A stretch of DNA of 64,000 nucleotides from Lama glama (lineage: Eukaryota). The notes below the pieces were generated by a model. It was not told where the DNA came from, made no database searches, and saw only the letters and a program-made list of their open reading frames with translations. Location of the stretch: contig CM052817.1 of NCBI GenBank assembly GCA_028534125.1, forward strand, positions 76,386,001-76,450,000, in the 5' to 3' direction. This document shows positions 51,848 through 64,000 of the stretch, piece after piece. The position numbers and the translations under genes are program-made. Position 1 is the stretch's first letter. Each line of letters opens with the position of its first letter.

Positions 51848-52327
51848 ATAAGCCATCTTAAGATACACAGAATTCTCTGTACTTCTCCTAAATGATCAGT
51901 TCTCCCCCTGAGTAATTACTTCTCCATCTGAGTAGTTACTACTATCATGGCCAATACCTAGGAATAAGTAACCCCTTGGTTCCTCTCAGTTCCTCTCCTC
52001 CATATCCAATCCAGCTGCAAGACTTGTAGGCTCTAACACCAACAAGAATCCCAATATCTCCATTTCCGCTGGGACTACACAAATCCATTCCTGGATCATC
52101 TTCACCTGGGAGATCACTGTAGTTCTCCACACAGCTTCCAGGGTAATGTTTTAATCATACTTCTATTTCCATTATTCACCAGCTTAAAATCTTTCAAAAG
52201 CTATTTCATTTAGAACAAACGTTCAAACTCCATATTTTGCACACACCCACCCCCACCTCTTCCTTTCTTGCTTGTTTTTTGAACACAATTTCTTGCCCTC
52301 TTTCTGCTCATCATTTCTTATAAATGC

Positions 52328-52878
52328 TGCAATGTAATTCTGATACTAATGACCTGGAGTTAGTGTAGACGTCTCAGGCTGAGATCTGAGTCTCCACAAG
52401 ACTCCCTTCCCTTCAAACACTAGCTGAAAGCTCTGGGGTTCGCCAGCCACCTGCACAACTGACTACTTGACTACAAATCTATTGGTTCCCACTGTCCCTT
52501 CAGATCAGCAGGAAGGACTCACAGAGCTCAGGAAACCACTACGATTATGAATGCAGTTTTGTTTTAAAGGATACAAATCAAGACCAGCCAAAGGAGACTC
52601 AAAGGGTGAGGATGGGAGGGTTCCAAACATGGAGCTCCCTTGTCCTCAGGATGTGACTTTCTCCTGGCACATCAGTGTGTACCAGCAAGTATACTCTAGC
52701 TCTGTTGTTCAGAGTTTCTATTGGAGTTTCATGACACAGGCATGACTGATTCACTCATTGACCAGTGATTAAGTTCAACCTCCAGTCCACCTCCCCTCCC
52801 AGGAAATCTGATATCATCTGAGCCAATGCCCATGTTTTATATCTCAGAAGTCCCAGGACCTGGGGGAGACCTACAAAT
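52328..52878 (-). mobile_element. MER21-like LTR, partial
   Basis: 'aattctgatactaatgacctggagttagtgtagac...tccacaagactccc...gactcacagagctcaggaaa...gagggttccaaacatggagct'. Confidence 0.7.
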
Positions 52879-53479
52879 AGTTAAGCTGACTATTTGCTTC
52901 TCGTGTTTTCTTGTTCCTACCTATCTTCTGCCTCTCTCTTTCCAATTTTTATATAATGTGCTTCAAAAAGAGGCCTGAGTGAACTTGATTGAGATACATG
53001 TGTGAAACAAGTCTATTTAACTGGGAAAGAATTTAGATTATGTATAAAAAAGAAAGATGCAAGAACAACAAATGTCTAGTAAAATTATCATTATAATGTG
53101 ACTACAGAAACATTTCCATGTGCATTCCTTGGCAAATACTAAAATATACCTTGGCAAACACTAAAACAAATACACAAATAACCATGGAGTGCTGCATAGC
53201 ATTCATGATTTTATTAAAGGATCCCTAATAATTCCTCAACAGAGTCAAAATATTTAATGGGTTGAATTATCCTGAGAGATGAGAACACTGAGGTTTTTAG
53301 ATGCCGACTCAAGGATGTCACTGGTATGGCTTCTCATAAGGAACATAATCCACCAGCACCTGCAGCCTGCTGTGTGGGTGGGTAAATGCTGCAGGTGTGC
53401 TCTGCAGTGCAGTGAAACGGTGAGTGAAGGATGGACATGGAGGTGGACAGTGCCTACTACAATCCCAGCACTAAGTATG

Positions 53480-53652
53480 TCACAACTTATTTTATGTTCA
53501 CAATAGGTTAATAGTCCCATTTGACATATGAGAAAACCACAGCTGATATTGAGTTTGAACAATCTTCTGGTCACAAAGGTAGCAACTGACAAAGCTAATT
53601 ATTTGGAATCTAAGTCTCTCTGATTCCAAATACTTTTCTTTATACCACTACA
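53480..53652 (-). mobile_element. MIR SINE
   Basis: 'cccatttgacatatgagaaaac...ggtcacaaaggtagcaa...aagtctctctgattccaaa'. Confidence 0.6.
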
Positions 53653-53973
53653 GTCAGTGTACTCTCCCTAGAAGAACAGCTCTTTATGTCTTTTGTAATC
53701 TCCGCTTCTGTATTTATTTTGAGATTAATTTAGTTTAAAAAAATTGGGTATGCATTGCAATAACTCAGGATATAAATCTTGGATCTCATTAATGTTTTAA
53801 ATGTTTTAAATTTGATGATTTCATCTACTTCTCAACCTCTACTACATACATTTAGTTCTGCTGTACAGCTTATTTTGAACAGAGTTCCAATGTGATTGAT
53901 ATATTAAGAAATAATTTTAACATAACACAACTTTGCATTTACTTGTTCGCAATTTCTCCTGAAATAAACTTTT

Positions 53974-54128
53974 TCTTTCTTTTTTTTTTTTTTTTTGGAT
54001 GGGAGGGAGGTAATTAGATTTGTTTGTTTGTTTGTTTGTTTGTTTATTAATGGAGGTACGAGGCATTGAACCTAGGACCTCATACAGGCTAAGCATGCAC
54101 TCTAGCCTTGAGCTATATCCTGCCCCCA
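53974..54128 (-). mobile_element. Vic-1-type camelid tRNA-derived SINE
   Basis: Minus strand reads GGGGGCAGGATATAGCTCAAGGCTAGAG (A box)...GGTTCAATGCC (B box)...CCTCCA, then (AAAC)n, CTAATTACCTCCC and polyA. 12-bp TSD aaataaactttt at 53962-53973 and 54129-54140. Confidence 0.9.
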
Positions 54129-54835
54129 AAATAAACTTTTCCTGAAAGCAACTAACTGCATTCAACCAAACCAAGCCAAGTATGGCTACACAAAATGAGC
54201 CTGTCTGCTCACACACACACACACATTCTTCCAACATCTACCTGCTAACCATGTGTGAGCCATACCCACCCACATCCGGTTGGTATTACAGCTCCCCCTC
54301 CAGTTATAGACAAAATCCTCTGAGCACTCCTCAATAATTCAAAAGCTGCAGCTGGCAGTCCTTCCCAAACCCATTTCCACAAGGAACTCAGAGGTCTTTT
54401 TCAAGATAAAATGTCATATTTATTATAGCATTTATGCATTTCTTAACAATTTGACATATGAATAACTGTGCCACTGTTTTTATTAGTTTCTTACCTTCTT
54501 TATGGGATCCATAATGAAATTTTTGAGTATTGTGCCTCTAATAACATTTCCCAATAAGTTCTATGATTTTTGTGTGTACCTTTCTGTTCTGCAGTGTAGT
54601 CATTTTTAAGAATGCATAGGTAACATTAAAGCAGAATGGACTATATTTCTAAACACATTTTCCATATTCAGTATTTCTCATCTGACTCATTTTCTATATT
54701 TCACATTTTAGTTAATGGCATCACAAAGCTAAGTATCTTAGAATTATACTTGCAATATACATTAAGGCATATCAACGCCATTAGAGAAATGATTATAAAA
54801 TTCGACCTCATACTGATAGCTCTCCATCAGTACAG

Positions 54836-54878
54836 TATGTATGAATGTATGTATGTATGTATGTATGTATGTATGTAT
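54836..54878. repeat. (TATG)n microsatellite
   Basis: About 10 units with one interruption. Confidence 0.9.
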
Positions 54879-55002
54879 TTTCTGGAGGAAAGACCTCCTA
54901 ATTGTTCTGATTGACCTATCAATCAACTTCAGTGTCTTGCCTAATTGTCTAATAGTCACCTCCAAATATTTTGTATGTTACCACTATTTTCATACATGAA
55001 AT

Positions 55003-55026
55003 ACACACACACACACACACACACAC
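55003..55026. repeat. (AC)n microsatellite
   Basis: About 12 perfect units. Confidence 0.9.
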
Positions 55027-56499
55027 CATTTATGTGACTCTATTTGTGTGCCACTATGGAACTATCACTGTACTGCAAAACAAAGTGTGATCTAATTGAA
55101 AGAAGTAGATGAAATAATAGTAATTATAGTAATCTTAAATGAATTTCATTTCAATTTATACAGTATCAAAATCACTGTAACTGAATATGCTTCATTTGTC
55201 TGAAAATTCCAATTTAATTCAGTATGATACAATGATTCTAATACCAGATTCTTAATTCATTTTACATCATCATGTGATTTTAACAACTGTTGCAGTTGAG
55301 AAAGATATCAAAATATATTGACCCAAATGGAATAAGTGCGTCACTAGCTCCATTGTACTGATACAAGACATTTGCTTTAAATTCCCTTCATCAGCTCTGC
55401 AAAGTTTCACCCAGAAATTTTTGAAACAAAGCTCATGAATTACTATCGCTTTTGATGTCAATCAATTGTTCTTTAAGAACAATGTGTTGCATTTTCATAA
55501 TTTTAGGAAATGTGTTTGAACCCCACAGAAAGTTTTCATGTAACAAAACTTTAAAGGAAAGTAGAACATTTCTTTACCCATTTTTCTATAGTTTTCCATC
55601 ATGAAACTTTTTTTGTGGGTGACAAATTTCTATTATTTTTGGTATCAAAATCGGTGTGTAATGGATAGAGAAATGCTAATAGGCAGAATAAAATAATATA
55701 AGTTACTTTAGATAAAAGTTACATAATAATGGCACTCACAGTATAAGAGACAAACATCCCTGTCCCCACAAGGGACCCCAGTGACACACATTCTCTGGAC
55801 ACCCGGAGAAGAGCCTACTCAATTCTTCCTAAAGTTTAACTTCAGTATTTTGTCCTTCCTCTTCCTCTCTCCCACACTGTTCTAGAGAGCCTGGACTCAT
55901 CCCTTGTTTGCTCACCAGGGGCAAATGACTAGAAACAACATTACCTCCCTATGTGTTTCTTGCATGTTTACTTAAACCTAGGTGAATTCAAGTTAATTTC
56001 CTGGCAGCCCGTAAGCAGGTTGAAATGTCACATCTTACAAAGATCTCTTTTAGCTGATGGAAACTCTTCCCATCATCTATTTTCAAAATGCTCTACGAAA
56101 TTCTCCTGAAAATCAGTTAACTTCACCTTAAAATGTGTACACTTATTCTTTCAAAATCATCTGCTTTGTGGTGTATTTTTGACTTTCTCTTTCATACCAG
56201 AAAAGCCAATCAATTTAAAGCCTATGTCTTTTTGGAAAAGTACTCCTATCTAGGTTTGTCTAGTCTTTTGAATGCCCTGTAGATGTAGATGTTTCTCTTC
56301 ACTTTCAGTGTTCTGACTGCTTGGTGTTAAATTTCTTAACAATCCTAATTGGTTGACACTATCAGCTAATATTCCAAGTTACCGAGTCACTATTACACTA
56401 CTTTTTCGGGCTGTGCCTATTTCTTTTCAAAGAGGCATTTGCCCAACAGGAAGCCTACATTAAGTCATTCACAGTATTCCTCACAGAGGAGAGGAGCCT

Positions 56500-56955
56500 C
56501 TGGCCAACAGATTTTAAGTCATGGTTTACCTTTCTGGTGCTTGCAACTTTGAGAACCAGTGCCTTACTTCTAGCCAGTGGAATGCTGCCAAGGTGATGTG
56601 ATGTGTGCAGTTACAAGCATGTGATTACATAAGAGGAGCACTGTTTCGCTAGAGTCAGCCTCTCTCACTTGCTCTCTCACTGGCTGTGAGGAGGCTCTCT
56701 ACCATGAATCTTCCAACCACAAAGAACTGATTTATTGTCAACCCTATGTGAGCTGAGGAAGAATATTTTGTGCTCCTCCAACCTCCAGATGGACTCTCTG
56801 ACCGACACGTGGACTGCAGCTAGGTGAGACATTGTATATAGTGTTTAAATAAGCTGTGCCCAACTTCTGGCCTGCAGAAACTCAGGTAATAAATCTGTGT
56901 TTTGAGTCAATAGGTTTGTGGTTAAAAGAAAATGCAGAAATAGGCAATTAATACA
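56500..56955 (+). mobile_element. MLT1F/G-like MaLR LTR
   Basis: 'cttctagccagtggaatgctgccaaggtgatg...gactgcagctaggtgagac...taagctgtgccca...aataaatctgtgttt...taataca'. Confidence 0.7.
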
Positions 56956-57869
56956 GCATCTCTGCATTTCCCAATCTGTGATTTTCTCCTTTCTGGGACA
57001 GTTGGGACAGTGTAGATACACAAGTCACAGAAGTCATGATAACACTGATTTCAAACCAAAATACATTTATTTCTTTGATCTTTCTCTTTACTCATGAGGT
57101 TTCCTATCCAGTGTACCTTGCTCAGAATCACCTGAAAGGACTACTCCTTATAATTGCATATTTCCATTTTTAAAAATTGTTCCTTTATTTGAGTATGAAA
57201 AGTGCTTTGGTACACCTTCTGCTCTTTTTGCTCCTTTGTGATGTCTGATGATAACTGGTTTTCTTCCAGGTGTGTACAAAATATAACATTCTTTCCAGAT
57301 TACAGTATTAGAAATGACTGAAAGACCCTAGAGGACTGAAATATTTCCACTGTGATTTCTCAGCTCTTTCTCATTTCTTCTCTGATTAAACCCAAAGTGT
57401 TAAACAAACCATGCCTGCAGGTCTGCTGTCCCCACATTCTGTCCTGATATTAATGCAACCTAATAATTTACTTATCTTCTGAGAATTTCAACTAATGGAC
57501 AAAATGCCCAAGAAAACTGATTCACTAACCGAAAGTAGAAAAGGGATGGGAAAAAAGTCAGTATGGTAAGTGACAATAGTTTTAAGTTGGGGTTAATTTC
57601 TCAAATTTTATAAAAACTTATGAATATGTGAATACACTGTTAATCCTTTCCTGCAGGGTCTTAGAAAGTTTCATGCACATGATCTGCTCTGCTTTAACCT
57701 TCTTTAGCTTTTCTGTGCCTGCCTCTCCACTGTTAATATCACTACTATATCATGCAGTAATGCCAGAGTTATTTATTTAAAGAATTAAACAATAAAAAGA
57801 AAATTTTCTTCAATTCATGATGCACAATAGTATAAACTTTTCAATAACCAAATCATAAAGTCTAAACTA

Positions 57870-58255
57870 CTTAAGAAAACATATAAGACCTTTTATAATC
57901 TGAGCTCCACTTTGATCTTCAATCTGATCTCCACAAGTCTCCATCGCCTTATGAACTGCTTTCTATATCGCAGTCACTTCAAACTTCTTGTCTTGTATTC
58001 ATTTCACTGGGCTTTACATGGATTATTCCTTCTGCCTGAAGTCGACTCCCTGCTTTCTCTCCCAACCAAAATGAAGACCCATCTCCAATGTCAACTCATT
58101 TCCAAACCTTGTTCAGAGTCTTTTGACAACTGCACTATTGCATTATACCACAACTGCTCATTTTCTAGTGTATATTCCTCTGGAAAGTATGGGCTCTTTG
58201 AATGAAGGAATCAGGTCTGTTCTATGATGAGCCCCAGTGCCTGGATGAATGTTTT
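57870..58255 (+). mobile_element. L2 3' region
   Basis: 'aagaccttttataatctg...tattccttctgcctgaa...gggctctttgaatgaaggaatcaggtct...ccccagtgcctgg'. Confidence 0.6.
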
Positions 58256-58386
58256 TCCCTAACACAATGCTAGGTCAGCAGTTTTCTTTTATTTTCCCCT
58301 CATTTCTCTCTTTTCCTCTTAGTTAGGCACACTTGTATCCTTTTCCCAAGCTCGTAGTGGTAGGTCAGAATCAGACAAGACAAATA

Positions 58387-58409
58387 CATATATATATATA
58401 TATATATAT
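58387..58409. repeat. (AT)n microsatellite
   Basis: About 11 perfect units. Confidence 0.9.
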
Positions 58410-58605
58410 GTCTTTCTAAACAATATGTCACATTTTTGGAAACATTTAGGATGTTTAATCTTTGAAAACATTAGGAAATGTACTTTCATTATTTTCCCTT
58501 TGCTATTACTTTTCTATCAACAATATAAACACATAGTTACTCACCTAATATTGCAGTTTTTGGATTGCTCTTGTTACTGTGAAGGCTCTTGTCCCTGTGG
58601 GTGAA

Positions 58606-58797
58606 TGTGTGTGTATGTATATACACATATATGATATTATATATTATATGAATGAATGCTATATTAATATATTCTATATCATATCATGTATACACATATA
58701 CATATAAGTAGTATATATATTAGTGTGTGTATATATATATATATGTAGGTTTTATATATATATGTGTGTCTGTATATATATATGTGTATATATATAA
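58606..58797. repeat. Low-complexity TA/TG/CA region
   Basis: Extended imperfect dinucleotide tract. Confidence 0.85.
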
Positions 58798-59062
58798 AAT
58801 ACCACTTGCCAGGCAGCCAAACAATATAAATACAGGTGAAAATAGGAAAGTACATAAAAGTATCCTTAAAATTAAAATAAAAGAATGGCAAAGAGTTCTG
58901 TGAATAAAATATTAATATCAAGTCTTGAAGCTAAGTTTTGGTACAACATGCCAGAGTTTGTGAAATTCCAAAATCTTCATTATGAAATACATACCTTGTG
59001 AGTCTAACATTGGTGGTTCATGCATTATATTTAAAAACCAAAACCAAACATCAATGAAAACT

Positions 59063-59590
59063 CTAGTATATGAGTCTGATATTTTTACATTCTACATATA
59101 AGTGAGATTAAACAGTATTTGTTGTTCTTTGTCTGACGTATTTCACTTAGCATAATGCTCTCAAAGTCTATCCATGTTGGTGCAAATGGAAGAATTTCAT
59201 GCCTTTTAATAGCTGAATAACACTCATGTATATAGCTCTCCTTTTCTTCATCCATTCATCTGTCAGTGGACATTTAGGTTGTTTCCATATCTTGGCTGCT
59301 GTGGATAATGCTGCAGAGAACATGGGGGTGCAGATATCTCTTCAAAACAGCGATTTCGTCATCTTCGGATACATACCCAGAAGTTGCTAGAAAGCAGAGG
59401 TTTAATGTTCTCACCATAAGAGCAAAAACAACATAATAGTAATTATGTGAGATAAAGTATGTGTTAACTAACCTTATTTGGGTAAATATTTCACAACATA
59501 TTCGGTATTAAATAATCACATTGTACACCTTAAACTTACACAATGCTGTATGCTAATTATATCTCAATAAATCTGGGAAAAAGGGGAAAA
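59063..59590 (+). mobile_element. L1MA9-like 3' end with inverted 5' segment
   Basis: 59063-~59384 is the antisense end of ORF2. ~59382-59590 is the sense 3'UTR ('aatgttctcacca...cattgtacaccttaaacttacacaatg...atctcaataaa') with an A-rich tail. Confidence 0.8.
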
Positions 59591-59819
59591 AGTGTATACT
59601 AAGAATATAGTGACCCAAAGGGAGGTGGGTTATCTATAGAAGCTTTGAGTAGAGTTGCATGTTGGCAGTGCCCATCTGAGCAATCTCTAGGATAGAGGCA
59701 ATCTTGACCGAGGATCCAGTGTATTCCAATCTAACCGAGGCTGAGTACTGTTTCCTATTGCAGACGTTAGGCAACTTGACTACAATTTATAAAATACTTT
59801 AATGATGAAATCCTTGTTC

Positions 59820-60265
59820 TGAGGCTATGCTGATTATCCCCTAAAAACATTATCTCCTTCAAAATATAGCTGGACACGTGGCCTCTCAGAATGCAGTTTT
59901 TATTTTCTAACACCCTGGCAAGTAGTAACAGTCATGTAACTAAATTCTAGCCAATGGAATGAAAATTAAATGTATGTGCAACCTTCAGAAAAAAAAAATA
60001 GTTAAAGGGAAGTAACATGCCGTCACTTCTCTTTCTTTCTGCTTCTTGGTTGGAATGTGGATATGATAGCTTGAGCCAAAACAGCAGTTTTAAACCAAGA
60101 GCAGACTAAGTAAGGGGAACACTACAATGACCAGGTCAAAGAAGCCCATCTTCTGATACAGGGGGCATCATTCCAGCCCGGGAGCCGCTGCCTTGATTTA
60201 ACATGAGAGAGATTTTTTTTTCTTTAAAACAATGCTAATTTGGACTTTCTGTCACTTTTGGCTGA
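59820..60265 (+). mobile_element. MLT1J/K-like MaLR LTR
   Basis: 'catgtaactaaattctagccaatggaatg...ggttggaatgtggatatgatagct...acatgagagaga'. Confidence 0.65.
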
Positions 60266-61474
60266 TGCAAGGAAGTATATTCAGCCAGAAAATTTATGAT
60301 TTTAATTTGGCTTCCAGGTAGATCTGAATAATGGGAGAAGGTATTTTAATCTTGCGGATTCAAGGAGTACAACCCACATGGATATTATGTTTAGTAGTAT
60401 AAATTGTGAATATATTAAGAACACACTAATGAAAAACACAAAGTATATTAACAAACACTTGGAATGTCACCTGTTCAGAATTAGCAGGAAGATGAGGTCC
60501 AAGTTAGTCTCACAAGTTAAGCTTCATAACTCATAAATGGATTTACTCTATATGTCTTGAATTCATTGTTTTCAAGGCTGCTAGACTGAAAGCTGACCAG
60601 GGTGGAAAATTCAGTAATGTTATCTGGCAAGGACTTCTCAGTGACAGTCAGCAATCCTTTCTCTGAATATATTTCCAAACTATGCATCTTTTCAATTTGA
60701 AATACTATCATTCCCTATAAAATTAAAAGATTGCTGAAAATGTTGGAATGAAAGCATATCATAAATTTTGAATCCTAGTGACAGTGATCATTGAATAGAA
60801 GAGAAGCTCCTGCACTTACAGAAACAGGAGAGATTTCAAGGCACAATGGCTAATATTGGCAGAATACAGAAATAGCTACTTTTATATTGGCCTAAGAGAG
60901 TGACATCACTGAAATGCAGTCTTTGTATCTGGATGGTCCTGCATAATAATTTCATCTGGAAAGGAAATAATGCAAACTTACTAACCTTTTCATGGTGTTC
61001 TGTGAACGTATAGATTCAGGTAAATGTCCCAAATATTTATCTTTACAAGTTCAGGGAAACATATGCTAGAAATAATATGAAAAAAGTAACTTGCTTTGTA
61101 TTCAACATTTGGGACAAACCTAGGTAAAAAAAAATGGTAAACTATTATTCTGAATTTTATTTAAATCCCTTTACCCCATTTTATTAAAATCATACTAGTA
61201 ATCTGCATCATTGCAGGCAGACCAAGTTCTCTCTGCACCAACATTCTGAAAAAGGTACATTCTGAGATCAGTGAGTGACGATAAGAGCTTAAGTTTCACG
61301 GCTCTTTCAAATCATTATAGATAGATAATACATTTCTAAGCATTTCTGATGTCTAAGTATTTTAATCAATTTTCCAAATGCCTCCTTAAAAACATGAGTG
61401 CCAGATAATATACTTTTAAAAAATCCTGTAATTTAATGGCAGATTTAATTCTGTTCTAAAAATACTTAGTTTGT

Positions 61475-61650
61475 TTAGTATAAAATCATGATAGACTATG
61501 CTATGGTAACAAATAACCTCCAAATGTCAGTGGGTTCATGCGGAAAATGTATAACTTACTCTCGCTCAAAATCTGCTGTGCATCCAGGCCATGTGTCCAG
61601 GCAGTTATTGTCCATGTGTAGATTCAGTGGTCCAAGCCACTTCAACCTGA
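61475..61650 (-). mobile_element. MLT1 MaLR LTR fragment
   Basis: 'gatagactatgctatggtaacaaataacctccaaatgtcagtgg'. Confidence 0.6.
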
Positions 61651-61734
61651 ATATTTCTCTAGTTTTCACAGAAATTCCTTTATTACTTCTAGCCATTTCA
61701 GGCCTTGGAGAAAGACAAGGCAGCCCTGATGGCT

Positions 61735-62237
61735 GTCAGCTGGTATCTGGCCCGGTGCTAACAGCTACACTGTGGTGTTCCCTTAAGATGGAGACTCCCA
61801 CAGACCACCATTAAATGTGCAGTTCCATGAATGTGTTGGAGCAGAACAAAAACAAATTCACTCAGTAATCATGTCTGACCTCAGACAAAAACAAGAACAC
61901 CGCGCGAACCAGCAAAGTGACCAAGCATCCTCCTGTCTTAGCTGCCCGTGGTAAACACTTCTTTACTAATTACATTAGCCTCACTTTGTTTCACCTGTCT
62001 CCTCGGTGATCAAGAAGCTCGATCATGGAATTACCCGAACTTTCTGACGCCATCTACTCTAGAGGAAACCCTTGCTTCTTTGAATCTTGCCCAAACCACC
62101 CAGCGCAAACCCAAACCCTATAGTGCTGCACCTGACACCCTTTTGTTGAGGTGACTCATGGCCCCTGTGGTGTATGAGCAGCTGCTCTCAATTTTTTAAG
62201 CTACAGGAGGGCTCCTGGTGGTCTTCAGATACCAGAC
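61735..62237 (+). mobile_element. MER67-like ERV1 LTR
   Basis: 'taatcatgtctga...cagacaaaaacaagaacac...cttctttactaattaca...tcatggaattaccc...cccaaacctata'. Confidence 0.65.
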
Positions 62238-62722
62238 GTTAATACCTCTGAACTTCTTTTTCTCACTTTATTCTCTATTTCTTCTACAATAGATCTTTTT
62301 AAATTAAAAACAGCCAAAATCAAACACACATTCCAAAATAACTAAAACACACAAATGCACATGATTTCTCTATGTGGTCAAATTTATTGAAAAAAATTTG
62401 CTTATAATATACTCTTAATATCCTTTTTTCTACATTTGAACGATCTATGATGATATCCTTGTTTTCATCCCTGACATTCACAAATTGTTTTTTCCTAATT
62501 GTCTTTGTGAATTTTTCAGGGTTTAGTAATTCTATTACTAAAGGAACAAGCTTTGTCTTTAATATATTTTTTTTGTTTGACTGCTTTCATATTACTCATC
62601 TCTGTTCTTATCTTCATTATGACTTCACTTCATTTTGGTTTTAATTTGCCATACTAATTTTTGTTCTTGTTTTTTTTTTCTAATGGAATCTTAGATCATT
62701 AATTTTAATCCCTTTTGCCTCC

Positions 62723-63223
62723 TGTGCTGAATAATGGTCCTCAAGACATCCAGGTATTACTATCTCTTGGATCTTGTGCATATGTTATCTTATATGGCAG
62801 AAAGAACTGTAAACATGTGAGGGAGTTAAGGACTTCAATATGGGAAGAGTAGCCTAGATCATCCAGGTGAGTTCAATTGATGTAATCACAAGCGTCCTTA
62901 TAAGAGGGAGGCAGAGTCCCCGCCTATGGAGATGGGAGGCAACGTGCTGACTGAGGCGAGATGTTAGGCTCCTGGCTTTAAAGATGGAGGAACAGGCAGG
63001 AAGCAAGGGGTGCATGTAATACAGCTCTAGTCACTGGAAAGAGTGAAGAGATGAATTCTTCCCTAAAGCCTCCTTCCCTGCAGCCCAGCCAGCATCCTGA
63101 CTTCTGGCCAGTGGAACCGATTTTGGATTTCTGATCTCCAGAACTGTAAGAGAGTAAATGTGTGTTGTTTTAAGTGACCAAGTTTGTGGGAATTTGTTAC
63201 AGTAGCCACAAGAAACTATTGCA
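62723..63223 (+). mobile_element. MLT1D MaLR LTR
   Basis: 'ctgaataatggtcc...gtaatcacaagcgtccttataagagggaggcag...ttctgatctccagaactgtaagagagtaaatgtgtgttgttttaag...gaaactattgca'. Confidence 0.85.
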
Positions 63224-63344
63224 GTCATCTCATCTAAACTTATAAAGTTTTAAGTTTTCCTATGATTAAGCTATAGACACAAATATTCATTTACTGTGAT
63301 TTCATTTTCGTTTAGTTAAAAATTTTTTTAAATTTACTTTATGG

Positions 63345-63593
63345 TTTTTTTTTCTGCTGAGTAAAAGTAGATTTATTTAGAGAGATACATGCTACACAGA
63401 GGGTAGGCTGTTTCAGAAGGGGAGAGAAAGGCTGTGAGGTGTGGGGGTTGGTGCTCAGGTTAAAGTAAAAGTAAATACACTGTCCACAGACTGAGTGCGG
63501 GCCGTCTCCCAAGACGAGGGAGGGAGCAAGAGAGGCGACCATGGGGCCGCAGTTTTTATGCGCTTGGTAGTGTCATATGCTAACATTTGAAGG
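63345..63593 (-). mobile_element. Polyadenylated ERV1-type LTR fragment (U3 end and R, no U5)
   Basis: Minus strand has TATA-like CATAAAAA (63553-63560), AATAAA (63372-63377) and an A9 tract 18 nt downstream. Flanking imperfect direct repeats actttatggtttt and actttgtgatttt. Confidence 0.7.
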
Positions 63594-64000
63594 ACTTTGT
63601 GATTTTTTTAAAATTAGATTCCTGTGTTACTTAAAATTCTTACAGTATAATTTCCAAACACTTAGGGATTTTCTAGACACCTTTTGGATACAGATGAATG
63701 AAACACTGCTGTGGGCAGAGAACGTATTCTGTATGATTTCAGTCCTATATTTCAGTACGGTTTGAAATTTATTGAGATTTCTTTTATGGCTCAGCATATG
63801 GTTTCTTTTGATGAAAGTTCTTTGTGTACTTAAACTAAATGTGTTTTCTGTTACTATCAGGTATAGTGTCCCATAAATATCAATTAAATCAAGTCGGTTA
63901 ATAGTATTTTTTTAAATATTCTATATCCTTAAGATTATTTACTTGTTCTACCAGTTATTAAAAGAGACGTGTTAAAATAACTATGGTTATGAGTTTATGC

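Larger units (their letters stand above)
62385..64000 (-). mobile_element. Ancient L1 ORF2 (N-terminal region) fragments, interrupted by two inserts
   Basis: T-rich antisense ORF2-like sequence ('gaaatttattgagatttcttttatggctcagcatatggt', 'ataaatatcaattaaatcaagtcggtt', 'gtgttaaaata'). Confidence 0.6.

Noticed and set aside
53357..53397. 10-bp stem cacctgcagc/gctgcaggtg as a pre-miRNA
   Set aside because: The stem is too short for the 21-nt loop and is within chance expectation.
54054..54127. tRNA gene
   Set aside because: The A and B boxes belong to a SINE head followed by a SINE tail, polyA and TSD.
1..64000. ORF-track entries as genuine protein-coding genes
   Set aside because: They are short and low-complexity, many start at non-ATG codons, and many overlap repeats. 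The only recognisable peptides are L1 ORF2 remnants.

Overview
AT-rich, gene-poor mammalian genomic DNA, very likely from a camelid (camel, alpaca or llama). The species call rests on a tRNA-derived Vic-1-type SINE at 53974-54128. I find no convincing protein-coding gene. The only recognisable peptides in the ORF track are decayed LINE-1 ORF2 fragments. The window is a layered transposon record: ancient MIR, L2, MER3, MER5, MER20 and MLT1 copies; several L1 generations; and many solo ERV LTRs, several with readable target-site duplications (TSDs). There are three round-number assembly gaps (500, 100 and 500 N). I do not see a new multi-gene biological system. The most interesting items concern mobile DNA: a polyadenylated ERV U3-R fragment apparently retroposed by L1 machinery (63345-63593); a CpG-rich betaretrovirus-like LTR whose internal gap could hide a provirus (19781-20328); a ~110-bp twin-primed L1 (43320-43431); and an orphan L1 5'UTR (30352-31268). 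Repeat family names come from recalled consensus sequences, not database searches, and the boundaries of old elements are approximate.
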